Origin: Octopus vulgaris
Lineage: Eukaryota
NCBI GenBank assembly: GCA_951406725.2
Contig: OX597830.1
Coordinates: 5,642,001 to 5,706,000 of the forward strand
Reading direction: 5' to 3'
Length of the DNA stretch: 64,000 nt
The notes beneath the pieces were generated by a model. It was not told the origin of the DNA, made no database searches, and saw only the letters and a program-made list of their open reading frames with translations. The translations under genes were made by a program, and so were the position numbers. Shown here in pieces: positions 29,025-44,109 of this stretch; position 1 is the stretch's first letter; every line of letters begins with the position of its first letter.

Positions 29025-29495
29025 GTATATATATATGTGTGTGTGTATATATATGTATATGTATATATGTAAATATGTATAGGTATATATATATATATAT
29101 ATATACGTATATGTATGTATATATATATATACATATATATATATATACCCACATATATATACGTATATATGTATATGTATATATATATACGTATATGCAT
29201 GTATGTATGTATATATATATGTGTGTGTGTGTGTGCGTGTGTGTGTGTGTGTGTGTGCGTGTGTATATGTATATAATGCGAGAAAGAAAAAGAGTCTTTA
29301 AGTACGATTATTTCAATGAAAAATGAACTCAATAGTTTTGTGGCATATGTATTGATGCCTACTGCTTTACACTGACAACTGTTTTCATCTTGTATGTGTG
29401 TTTATGAGTCTGTGCGTGTGTATACTTTTGCTTTTGTGTCTGTGCGTGTGATCGCGCGCGCAGTGTATGAGCGTATGTCCGTGTGTGTGTGTGCA

Positions 29496-29792
29496 GGCAC
29501 ATGCGTGGTTCTGTGGTAAAAGGTTTTCTTCCCAACCAAGTGGCTCTAGGTTCAGTCAACAACTTGTGAGTGGGTTTGGTAGAAGGAAACTGAAAGAAGC
29601 CCGTCTTGTATGTGTTGTTATTATGTTTGTATTTCTCCCTACCTCCAACCGGTGTTGACAATCGTTTATGTCCCCATACAATAAGGACCAGGCTGTGAAA
29701 ATAAGGGCTGAGTTTTTTTTTAATAAACCTTCAAAGTAGTGCCCCAGCATGGCTGCAGACCAATGTCTGAAGCAAGAAAAAGGTAAAAGATA
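29496..29792 (+). mobile_element. Family A SINE
   Basis: Homologous to 5651-6040. 5'-half copies at 30488-30628(+) and 39429-39590(+). Confidence 0.85.
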
Positions 29793-30635
29793 TGTATGTT
29801 CGCTTTTAAGCTATTTTTACATGTTTCAAAGGGATTCGGTTTAACTATACTATTTAAAGCATCTCCATTCGTTATCTCCTTTCTCAGACTTATGTTTAAA
29901 CCATCACATTCAAAGGAACCATATTTATATAATTAGGTAAATAGCTCTGTCACGTGGTTTCCAGCTCTGTTATCGTCTACGATGCAATCAAAGTACAGAG
30001 CACGGCTTTTGTAAAATTGTAATTCCGTCTCTTTTGAAACGCACACATATTTAGGGCGGTGTATGTTAATACCATAAGCGATAATCGAAATATGGATTTA
30101 CAATTACCATGGTTATTAAGACAACAAAACAAAACAAAGGTACTAATGAAATTGAATAACTAATTTTAAAATTTGTTCAAACATGGAGGTGTAGCCCAGC
30201 CCCCGCCACATTATTCAGGGCAGCAAAAAATGGTTGAAGAAATGGACGAAGGTATACATAGACCGGAAGTTCATCCTGGATACCGGGTGTAAAAAGCTGA
30301 GGTTAGTTAAAAATAAGACTGTGTGGTAATGACAGTTGACGATGGATTCACTATAAAACATTGTTAATCATGGTGACGGATTAAGACATCCTATGAGACA
30401 TTGAATAATTTTTGGTTGGCCTATGTTAGCATATGCTTGGAGAGGCTGGTCTACTGAAAGAAAACTGCAAAACTGGATACACAATAAGGCTCAAGCGTAA
30501 TTGTGTGGTAAGAAGCTTGCTTCCCAAACACTTGATTCTGGGTTCAGTCCCACTGCGTGGCAGGTGCCTTCTACTATGGCCTCGGGCCGACCAAAGCCTT
30601 GTGAATATATTTGATAGATGGAAACTGATATATGT

Positions 30636-30720
<85 letters not shown>

Positions 30721-30732
30721 AAATATATATAT

Positions 30733-31788
30733 AGGTTCACGGAACACCTCCGAGACATCCGCCTCGGCAATGCCATCCTAGTCTTCCGCCATTTCCGCTC
30801 CACCGGTCACTCCTTGCAACACCTGTCTGTGATCGGATTGTCCTTGCACAGAGGCCATCCGGACTCCCGTTTGTGCCGTGAGCAGGGATTAATCTTCTCT
30901 CTTCGCTCTTTTACGCCATTTGGGTTCAACTCTCCTCCCCTCTTCATCTAACCTCCCCCTGACTCCTACTTCTCTTCACCCTACTCTCTTTCCCTCTTCT
31001 CTCTTACTCCCTTTCTCTCGTCTCTCTTCTCTCTTATTCTCTCTCTCTTCTCTCCTACTGTTTCACCCTCTCTTTCTCTCTTCTCTCTTACTCACTTTCT
31101 CTCTTTCTCTCTTCTCTCCTCCTCTCTCTCCTCACATACCCACCTTTCCCCCATAAACACACCCACCCCTACACATCCCTAATCCACCTTCCCTATCCTT
31201 CCCATCTCCCATCCCATCCAATCCCACACCCTCCCCACATACCCCACCTCTACCCCCACCTTCTGCCTATCCACAAACCCCAACTCTACCCACATCCCTC
31301 CCGTGCTTTCCCCACTCTCGCCTCCCTCACCTCCCCACAACATCACACCACACCACACTACACCATACAACATTACACATCACATCACAACACACCACCC
31401 ACACACCCATCCCCACATCTTCACACCTACGCATACATACATGCAGAGGTCCAGACCACCAGCCCTCTTTCACACGCACATATATACTCTCTTATACACA
31501 CACGCACCTTTGTGTTGTGGGTCATCTTTACCTTGTTATCTCCCCTACTTTCGTGTTTGACCCTTCTGTCCGGCGCTAGTTGCCATGATAGATCGTTAGC
31601 CACCACACACATTTTTCTCTCCTCATTTCTCTCCTCGTTTTTTCTGTGTCCCTTTCTGTAGAAGAGCGTAGGCTCGAAACGTAAAAGACTTTTTTTCTAT
31701 TCCTGAGCGTTATACTAATACATCTGTTTGTTTTGTACACCACCTGTCTTCGTCTTTTGTTTTTTTTTCGTAAACTCTCCCTATATAA

Positions 31789-31790
<2 letters not shown>
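30733..31790 (+). mobile_element. Penelope-like element 3' portion: GIY-YIG C-terminus, C-rich UTR, terminal P1 unit
   Basis: RFTEHLRDIRLG..VFRHFRSTGHSLQHLSVIGL..RLCREQGLIFSLRSFTPFGFN* (30733-30951) fits the PLE endonuclease C-terminus (RxxEH, HF, HS, R..E..LI..L...P.G.N). (TA)n on both sides. Confidence 0.88.
31652..31687 (+). ncRNA. Minimal hammerhead-like motif, A6U core, in the PLE terminus
   Basis: CTTT-CTGTAGA-A-GAGC(GTAG)GCTC-GAAA-CG-TA-AAAG. Confidence 0.65.
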
Positions 31791-31836
<46 letters not shown>

Positions 31837-31949
31837 GACAACAAAACATCCAGATAGACGATAAAAAAACACAAGGACGGGTCATTCGAAGCTTTCTATC
31901 CTCAATCAAGAACCGGATCATCCTCGCAATTTCGGCTGATTATATATAT

Positions 31950-32160
31950 ATAGTTAGAATTTACAAAAAAAAACCCCAAAAACAAAACAAAAGACGAAGA
32001 CAGGTGAGTAAGCAACAAACAAGTGTATCAGTTTAAATCTCGGGAAGGTGAGAAAGTCTTTTACATTTCGAGTCTACGCTCTTCAATAGAAAGGAACACG
32101 AGGAAATAAACAGAGGGAGAATAAAAAAAAACTTTAGTGGTTGTCGGTCAATCATGGCAT
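31950..32160 (-). mobile_element. Inverted P1 unit with decayed HHR-like motif at 32058-32093
   Basis: Reverse complement is homologous to 19470-19670 and 31578-31790. The intervening 31833-31940 is homologous (inverted) to 60172-60250. Confidence 0.8.
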
Positions 32161-32187
32161 GCATACATACATACATACACATACACA

Positions 32188-32241
<54 letters not shown>

Positions 32242-32976
32242 CATAAACACGCAGAGGACTGATGCAGCCTTTTGTGGCTCAACTTGGTTCGATCAATCTC
32301 TACAACTCGCTCAATCTCTTCCTCTTTCAAGAATAAAGAATGAAATTTAAGAGTATTTCTTATTGCTCTGTCAATTAAGTAAGCATCCAATTGGGCATAG
32401 TTTATACTTGACATTGTATCCGGAGCATATTGGGTTAATAAGCAAATAGCAAAGTGTATCGCAAGAGACAGCTATAAACATATCAATTGGGGACTTATTT
32501 AAAGAATTAATAAAAGTAAAATAGATCGATATAACGTAAGTTTCTTAAATTACATTCTTGTATAGAATTTCTGTCAGGAAATATTGTTGTTTCTTGTCCA
32601 GAAATGTACATAGAAAGAAAAACAAAAAAATAACATTAAAGGTGAGTTTGTTAAATGAGAGAAAACGTCAATTTTTCAAGTAACAGGGTCATGATTTTCT
32701 AAAGCTATAATTAAGTATTTCCTAGAAAATACTTAATGAAAGAAATAGTTTAAAATTTCCTTGATCTATAAATCATTAGCGTATTGTCAAGATCCAATTA
32801 TATTACATTTCCAATTTTTTTGTCCCAATTTCTGTTTTGTTTGCATTGGGTTTAAATTATGTAAAAACAAGATACATTAGTTTAATTTAAGACATATTTG
32901 TGCATATGTGTGGGTATGTGAGTCAATGTGCGTATGTGAGAGAGAAAAAGAGAAGGAAAGGGAATGAGTTTATACC

Positions 32977-33114
32977 TAAGTATGTGTGCGTGTGTGTGTG
33001 TGTGTGTTTGTGTGAGGACGCCACTAAGATTTTACTTTCATGTACGCAGGTACACATGATATTTATGTATGTACATATCCAAGTATTTACATATGTCTAC
33101 ATATATATGTGTGC

Positions 33115-33165
<51 letters not shown>

Positions 33166-33246
33166 CATATATATATATATATATATTATAAATATATATA
33201 TATATATATATATTTATATAAATATATAGATATAGATATATATATG

Positions 33247-33317
<71 letters not shown>

Positions 33318-33453
33318 GCACACATATATATGTAGACATATGTAAATACTTGGATATGTACATACATAAATATCATGTGTACCTGCGTACATGAAAGTAA
33401 AATCTTAGTGGCGTCCTCACACAAACACACACACATACACACACACATACTTA
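32977..33453. repeat. ~475-bp near-perfect palindrome centred on (TA)n
   Basis: Unique ~115-bp segment 33005-33120 is the exact reverse complement of about 33312-33428; inner ATGTGCATAT/ATATGCACAT is also mirrored. Confidence 0.95.
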
Positions 33454-34099
33454 TATATATATATATATAAGTATATATATATATACATATAAATCTGCCA
33501 AGTGTTTGCCTTTGTGTTGTGCTTCAAAGTGTTAGAAAGTGTGTGCTACTGCAGAGATTTGAACAAATGTTTGCGCGTGTTGATGTGTGTGCATGTTTTA
33601 TCAGAATCAAGGGTCTGTTGATTTATCTTTCAATTACCGGCGCTTCGTTATAATACGCATTTCGTGTCTCATTAATAAAAACTTGATAAATTAAAGAGTA
33701 TCTAGTATAGCTACTTTTCTTTACTTTCATTTCAATATTCTCACTCTATAATACTTACTCCCCCCACAAGTCTTCCACTCTCTCCGCATCGATTGATATA
33801 CACATAGACAATTTACAGCATTCCTTCACACAGACAAATACACAAAATGAAAATTGCACGTTAATAAGCCAATTATATATTAACATGTGTACACACACAA
33901 CCGGAAGCGCAGTCACGTATGCTGACGCATATCGTAGTAATTTACAGAGACGAGCGTTCTGATATTCTTGCACTGATATTCTGATATTCTGCGTCCTGAT
34001 ATTCAGGCTACACACTCACACACAAGAATAAATACCACATACATAGGGACCGACACACAAAACGGTATACACTCACTCATTCGAATTCACGCTTTCTCA

Positions 34100-34730
34100 C
34101 GCATACATACATACGTACATACATACATGCATACATACATGCATGCGTGCATACATACATACATACATACATACATACATGCATACATACATGCATACAT
34201 ACATACATTCATACATACATACATTCATACATTCATACACACACACAATGCCTGCATACATACATACATACATACATTCATACATACATACATTCATACA
34301 TACATACATGCATACATACATGCATGCATACATACATTCATACATACATACATTCATACATACATACATGCATACATACATGCATACATACATGCATACA
34401 TACATACATTCATACATACATACATTCATACATACATGCATACATACATGCATACATACATACATTCATACATACATACATTCATACATACATACATGCA
34501 TACATACATGCATACATACATACATTCATACATACATACATTCATACATACATACATGCATACATTCATACATACATACATACATGCTTACATACATGCA
34601 TGCATATATACATACGTACATACATACATGCATACATACATGCATGCATACATACATACATACATACATATATACATGCATACATACATACATACATACA
34701 TACATACATACATACATACATACATACATA
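34100..34730. repeat. (TACA)n array with TGCA/TTCA variants and ~60-bp higher-order repeat
   Basis: 34441-34500 is identical to 34501-34560; 34261-34320 is nearly identical to 34321-34380. Confidence 0.95.
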
Positions 34731-34734
34731 AAAA

Positions 34735-34845
34735 ATTTCCAATGTTTTTTATGTTGAAATTCCAATGAAGGAGACTTGGATCGAGGTTAGAAACCGGCTC
34801 TTTGTGTCTGGGCAAAAAATCTTGAAATAAACGGAACAATGACAT
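34735..34845 (+). mobile_element. 3' UTR fragment of the REL LINE seen at 59358
   Basis: Homologous to 59730-59835 and (inverted) to 55940-56048; flanked by TACA repeats. Confidence 0.8.
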
Positions 34846-34967
34846 ACATACATATATGCATGCACACAAACACACACACATATGTATATGTACATATAAG
34901 TATATATTATATATGTATGTTAATAAAATTCATTAATGTATTTAACCTCTCTCTCTCTCTCTCTCTC

Positions 34968-35016
<49 letters not shown>

Positions 35017-35366
35017 GTACGTATGTATATACAGAGTGAGAGAGAGATAGAGAGATATATGTAGAGAGAGCTAATTTGGGTTCGAGGGTTTCTCTATTTT
35101 TTGTAGAATTCATGTACTATGACGTTAATTTTATCAAATTTCTTGGTGCTTATACAAAGTGGTGAACCGAAATCAAATTTTAAAAATAAAAAATACTTAT
35201 TACCTTAGAATAAAGTTAAATATGCTTCCAGGTGCACAACTACCTCACATAAATATTCTGAAATTTACCGCCCCCCCTCCTCAGACTCATTTATTTCTAG
35301 GATTCTTTTTCTTACCCTCAGTTTGTGTCTCTCATTCTGTGACTCATGTCCTCCCACCAAGCTTCG

Positions 35367-37230
<1,864 letters not shown>

Positions 37231-37295
37231 ATGCATTCACAAATACATACATATACACAAATCTGTGTATACATACATACATATATGTATGTATG

Positions 37296-37370
<75 letters not shown>

Positions 37371-38193
37371 GAGTGTGTGTGTGTGTATACGTGAGACGTT
37401 CTGTATTGATATTCTTGATAAAAGTACAGCTGAACACCTTGTCATTCATTATACGTATTCAATAATTTCCAGTCACTCTCGGAGCCGTTTTTATAATTCT
37501 CTCATATTTCCCCTTCGTCACTTTACTTTACTCAGAATAAAAAATGTTAATCTATTCATTATTTCTTTCTTGTAATTTCGATTTTTTATGTGTAATTTTA
37601 TAATTTTCTCCGATACTTTGTTAAATTTGGTCGCACATTTTTCTCCATTAACTTTTCCTTGTTTATTTATTTTTTTGTTTTACTAATCATTTGTTTTTCT
37701 TTTTCATGTAATTAAATAAAGCATAGCCTGTGCTGATTTTAGAATTGATGGATCTTATTTCAAAAAGTGAAACATTTCTTACTTTTATAAAAATAAATAA
37801 AAATAAAATAAAAATAAACTCTTTATTTTTAAGGTCAGCTAAAAGAATGTGAAAGAATAGGCCTTTGCTATTCATAGTGGAGTGAAATATTGACCCAAGG
37901 CCAGTTGCTTCGGAAAAAGGGAGCAAGCCGGTTACATCGACCCCAGTAATCAACTGGTACTTGTTTGAGTGACCACGAAGGGACGAAAAGCAAAGTCAAC
38001 TTCGGCAGAATTTGAATTTAGAACGTAAAGACGGACGAAATGCTTCAAAGCAACTTCACCGGCGTGCTGACTATTCTGGATGCTTCCCACGTTAGGTAAA
38101 TATTCCATATTGGCCAAAAGATTGTACCCCAATAATATAATATGATTGAACGCTACGCATCCTCTTCTAAGTATATGTATGTATGTATGTATG

Positions 38194-38253
<60 letters not shown>

Positions 38254-38521
38254 TATATAGACACACACACATATATATATATATATAGTTACAAATTGAG
38301 ATAGGGGTTGTAAATGCAATCCTCCATGGGATAACATATATCCAATATACTGCTAGTGAAGTACCCAACAAAGTTAATACATAAATGTTAAGAATTGCGA
38401 TGTAATTAATTCATTTACCGTATTATATGGGCAAACGTAAAATGTTTTACCACATGGGTATGTACCCACACTTGGGTGTACCTCCTCTGATATTCATATT
38501 TAATTTAGTTTGTATTTCATA

Positions 38522-38648
38522 ATCTCCGAAGAGACCTTGGGATATTTTTGTAAGTGTCTCATTTATAACTACATATTGACCTATCACACATAGCTAATAT
38601 GAGAAAAATGAGACACCTATATCTGCATGGCCGAAACAGCTGTAAGAT
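38522..38648 (+). ncRNA. Hammerhead-like motif with ~100-nt extended stem II
   Basis: ATCT-CCGAAGA-GACC...GTGTCTCATTT...AAATGAGACAC...GGCC-GAAA-CAGCTG-TA-AGAT. Confidence 0.6.
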
Positions 38649-38823
38649 GTAGTTTTATTTATATTTATATTTATTACTCCTTCATGTACACTGTTTTGTT
38701 CTATATTATTATGTTTGACCTTAATGTTCATATGTAGTGGCTTAATAAATTATGCGATTGGGCATTATCTGGTAGTTGATTATTGATTAAGATGTATTTC
38801 TCCATTTCCCTATTTTGTGTAAA

Positions 38824-38893
<70 letters not shown>

Positions 38894-39116
38894 CATATAC
38901 ATATATGATAGTAAAAGAAAATCCAAAATCCCATAAAACTTCGGGTAGCAAAAGTACTTGGCAAAAATTGATTGGATTCGAACCTAACTACATACGATTT
39001 CAACTGGAAAAGATTGTAAAATTAATCAATGCATAATGTATGGTATCAATCGCCCTATCGATTCTACAAATCCTCTTTGATTTGCATTTTGGAAGATAAA
39101 ATATTGAATATTTCGG

Positions 39117-39346
39117 TGAATCCTTTTGTTAACATTTTTCTGTTGAAAAACACCGTTTTTGTTTCAAGTCATCTTGACAATAACGAGGAATTTAGTAAAA
39201 TATCTTTATTATTTATTCCGCTGTTGTTTGGAACATTAATTAACATGAAAATTTCAGTGAATATATTGATTTAGATCTCTTTAAGGCAGAAAGTTTGTAT
39301 GATTAAGCGAGAGGAGCTCTCTGGCGGGTTGGCAACAAAAGGGCTT
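39117..39346. mobile_element. Degenerate piggyBac-like MITE
   Basis: Inverted termini TCCTTTTGTT / AACAAAAGGG (CCC..GGG type; TTAA flanks decayed). A second diverged copy is at about 50025-50248. Confidence 0.55.
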
Positions 39347-39639
39347 TTCGAAATTAACATTTTTCGTATATTTATGTTCAGTCACATTAACATCACGAGA
39401 AATGTATTCTTCAGAATTGTTATTCAAAGGTGCAGGCGTGGCCGGGTGGTAAGAGGTTTGCTTCTCAACTACATGATTCGGGGTTTAGCCCCACTGTATA
39501 GCACCTTGGGTACCTCCTACTATAGCCTTGGGCCGACAAAAGGATTTTAGTGGATTTGGTAGACAGAAACTGAAAGTAGCCCTCGTATATATATGCATAC
39601 TAATAAAGGCATAGTAGCATGTTTGCACGTGTATATGTA

Positions 39640-39895
39640 ATTCTGGAACGGAGCGGACTGAACGATGTAATCGCACAATACCGAAAGCAATATTTCCGAT
39701 GGGCCGTACATGGCGCAAAGCTGACAGACAACAGGTGGAGGACCCGTACAGTTGTCGAGTGGTATCCAAGATACCTGAAATAGTCTCTTGGAACACGTCC
39801 ACAAGGACGAGGTGACGATTTAGTCAAGCAACTTGGGCCAAGGTGGAAGAGAATGTACAATCAAGACAAAATTGGAATCACCTTTTTATCAACGT
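39640..39895 (+). pseudogene. RTE-clade LINE 3' fragment
   Basis: SGLNDVIAQYRKQYFRWAVHGAKLTDNRW..VVEWYPR..GTRP..DDL..LGPRW resembles RWAGH..R..DNRW..EW.PR..GRP.RW.D. Confidence 0.78.
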
Positions 39896-40525
39896 TTAAC
39901 GGTCGTTGTCGGATCTTAAATACTGTGATATGTATGTACATATGTTGGTGTGGAACATGTATGTGTATATGTATATATGTTCATATGTATGAGCGCGAAG
40001 AAAGATTGATGTCAACGTGTGAGAAATTGGCAATGAGATATAAATGGCAATGAGTCATCTGTATTAATGATATTCACTTAAAAAGTGATAAATGCAGATT
40101 TATTTCAAAAGAGGTACAACGATATATAGACACGTGCATACATGTGCTCACAAAGGTATGTCATTAGGCAGATATGTAGGCGTATATACATATATATATA
40201 TATATTGCAGGGACAGATATCTTATATTGAAACATGTATATGCCCACGTGAAACAGGGTAATTGTTTTATTTCACATTATTGGCATTTCAAATTTGATTT
40301 ATCACGGTCTGCTATCTTTTAACTAAGCGCAGAGTAGATATAAGACTATAAAATATCGGGAACAACATCACTGTTCGGTGATATTTCTTAGAAATACTAG
40401 TTTTTGTTGATTGAGCAGTCAAACGTGCCTGTGTAAATCTACAGAGACAATCATCGATTCAGTTAGTGGGTGATTTATAGCCGCACAACTATAGATATAA
40501 CAAATATATAGGTAGAAATACACAC

Positions 40526-40589
<64 letters not shown>

Positions 40590-40647
40590 GTTTCTCACCT
40601 TTCTAATTTGGCTGTCTCTCTCTGTCTCTCTCCCTCTCCCTCTCGCC

Positions 40648-40736
<89 letters not shown>

Positions 40737-40798
40737 CGCATCAGGTTTGATTGTATGTATATACCTATCTATATATATGATATATGTGCATGTTTACG

Positions 40799-40844
<46 letters not shown>

Positions 40845-40959
40845 ATGAATACACGTACACAAACACACACAAAAAATACATTTATATATATAAATGCAAA
40901 TTTACAAATATCTATCCTTGTCTCTCTCTTTCTCTGGGTAAATTATCGACATTTATATT

Positions 40960-42060
40960 TTTAAATCCGCGCATGCGCATTGTTTGTTTTTTGCTTTTGT
41001 CGACTACACAGTATAGTAGGGTCAGTTGCGCACCGTCTATGAGAAGAACAACACCACGACGCAATTCACTATGTCACAAATTTGGAAACGACATGCTGTT
41101 CTGCTTAGCATTCGCGCCGGAAGCTCCAATATGAACAGTATGGAGGATTCGGAAAGAGTTGGATGAGTCTAATGGTGTTTATGAAGCTGGGAAAACTCAC
41201 TCTGGTCGTTCCGATAAGAAAAGAACTCCTGAATTTGTTGGTGACATCCAGGCCATGTTTGATAACGATCCCTCCAAGTCAATCAGGTACATTGCCAGGG
41301 ACATGGGAGCGTCTGAGTTTCTTATCAGGCAGGTTGTGCATGAAGACATTCGATATTCCTCATAAAAGATGTGAAAGTGACAGTTTTTATCCCAAGCCAC
41401 CAAGGACAAGAGGAAAGATCGCATTACGAAGCTTTTGAACAATCTGAAGCACCCCTTCCAACCGAGCATGCTTTGGTTTTTCTCAGACGAGAAAAATTTC
41501 TGCCAGGATCAGATGGTGAACACACAGAACAACTGTTGGCTTGCAGTTTCCGCAAAACATGTACGGAGAGTGGTAAAAAATCAAACATCCAGTCAACATC
41601 ATGGTGTTTGGAGTGATCACTAGTGAAGGAGACGTTATGCCTCAAATCGTCTTCCCACATGGTCTCAGACACGACACGGAGGCCTACATCAAGTTTGTGG
41701 AGGTGGCTGTGCTGTCCTGGGTCAAGAGGGTGGCGGCTGGAAGACCGTATGTCTGGCAACAGGACAATTCACCATGCCACACAAGCAGAAGAACACAGTT
41801 ATTGCTGTCAGACAATTTCTCTGACCACATTTAGCCTCTTAACTCCTATGCCTGCAAACCCCTTGATTATTATGCGTGGGGTACAGTTGAGCGAGAGACT
41901 AACAAAACTCCTTAAAACACAAAAGATAAAATGAAGGTAAGAATTATAGCCTCATTCATCAACATAAAGAAAGAGACCGTCTAGAAGAGTTGCAGGAGAT
42001 TCCGAAGTCGTCTGGAGGCCGTGGTTTAAGCAAAGGGCGACTTTGTTGAATAAATTTACG
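40960..42060 (+). pseudogene. Decayed Tc1/mariner transposase, maT (DD37D)-like
   Basis: DPSKSIRYIARDM, WFFSDEKNF, MVFGVITSEG, VWQQDNSPCHTS, PLDYYAWG, FRSRLEAVV*AKGDFVE*; several stops and frameshifts. DD37D spacing not countable because of a deletion. Confidence 0.88.
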
Positions 42061-42310
42061 CTTGTGTTCTTGAGCAAGATACTTTATTTCACGTTGCTCC
42101 AGTTCACTGAGCTGTAGAAATGAGTTGCGACGTCACAGGTGCCAAGCTGTATCGGCCTCTTTGTCTTTCCAATGAATAACCTCAGTGGCATGGCGAGGCG
42201 AGGCTGGTATGCATGGGTAATTGTTGGTCTTCTATAATCAATTTTGTCCGGACTTGTACCTCGAAGGGTAACTTGCTAGGTGTAATCCTATGACCGAAGA
42301 GGGTCTTTAT
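42061..42310 (+). mobile_element. Family C SINE, 5'-truncated
   Basis: Homologous to the reverse complement of 16480-16740. A degenerate relative is at about 28285-28450(-). Confidence 0.85.
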
Positions 42311-42344
42311 ACACACATATTAATGTAAACATCCACAAGTATAA

Positions 42345-42389
42345 CTATGTCTGTCTGTCTATCTGTCTGTCTATCTATCTATCTATCTT

Positions 42390-42477
<88 letters not shown>

Positions 42478-42480
42478 CCC
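42345..42480. repeat. (TCTA)n microsatellite
   Basis: Directly visible; also at 40526-40588 and 43190-43285. Confidence 0.97.
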
Positions 42481-43192
42481 ATTTATCTACCTTCCTTTCT
42501 CTCTCTCTCTCTGTATTTAATGACATTTGAACTAAACATATTAAAAAATACATAAACTGAAACAAAATATTCTAATATAATGAAGTGTAGAATATTTTAA
42601 CTAAGGTGAAGCATTTAATATTCTGTCTAGCATGTAATTTCTCTGTATATAAATAAATGTATAAATAACATTAACATATGTAATAGTAAATGTTTAAAAC
42701 AAGTGCATTGAGACTGGAAATTCACGGAAGTGCGTATCTACGCCATCTATGATTGAAAAAAATGCAAAACTACTGCATACTTGAGAATAAAAATGAATAT
42801 TCTGAGAATTCGTAGATTTCCAACATGTATAGGAATCAGTCATGTTTTATTTGATATTTCGGTTCTTCGAATTTTAGCGTATTCATTTATAAGATATCTT
42901 TCTCTTTATCATAACCGAAATGACACCATATTCGTCTTCACATCAGTGGTTAGTAAAATGGCGTCGAAGCCTTCTTCTCTTCTAGTAGGTTGCTTTCTTT
43001 GAAGCTATAGCTTCAGATATAATTTACGGTGTTTCATCAATGAGCAATTTCCAGTTTTCAACTAAATAATATCAAAGGAGCTGAATGAGTTGTAAGTTGA
43101 TCTAGTAAGTAAGACTATAAGACTAGTTAGGAATACCTGGTAAAGTAGGTAGAGATTGAATGCTAGATCTTGTGTTGGGGTTTGCATTTATA

Positions 43193-43270
<78 letters not shown>

Positions 43271-43332
43271 ACTATCTATCTATCTACATATATATATGTG
43301 TGTGTGTATGTGTGTGTGTGTATGCGTATATG

Positions 43333-43525
43333 CTTTTATTCTTTTACTTGTTTCAGTCCTTTAACTGCGGCCATGCTGACTCACCGCCTTCAGTCGAACA
43401 AAGCGTCCTCAGGACTTATTCTTTGTAAGCCTAGTACTTCAATCTGTCTCTTTTTTACCAAATCTGTAAGTTACGTGGTTGTCAAGAGATGGTGGGGGAC
43501 AAACACAAAACATGCAAACATATAC

Positions 43526-43590
<65 letters not shown>

Positions 43591-43750
43591 AGACGGGCTT
43601 CTTTCATTTTCCGGCAACCAAATCAATACACAAGATTTTGGTCGTCCTGTGATGTAGTGCAAGGCACTTGCCCAAGCTCTCATATTGTGGGACTGAACCT
43701 GGAACCATGTGGTTGAGAAGCCACCTTCTTACCACACAGCCACACCTGTG
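43333..43750 (-). mobile_element. Family A SINE
   Basis: Homology. Further copies at 54686-55052(-), 59055-59325(-) and 62330-62560(-). Confidence 0.85.
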
Positions 43751-44007
43751 CAGACACACATGGACATATATGTTGTTATCATGAAGTTATGTATATATAT
43801 ATATGTGTGTGTGTGTATGTTTGTATGTGTTTGTGTGCGCGTGCATGAGTGTGTATATGTATGCACATATATATATATATATTTATGTTGTATATATATG
43901 TATATATATATATATGATACATATACATGTATATATACATATGCATACACACACACATATATATACATATTTATACACACACATATGTATACACATATAC
44001 CACACAA

Positions 44008-44073
<66 letters not shown>

Positions 44074-44109
44074 TAATGTATGTATGCATGTGTATACATG
44101 TTGGTATAG

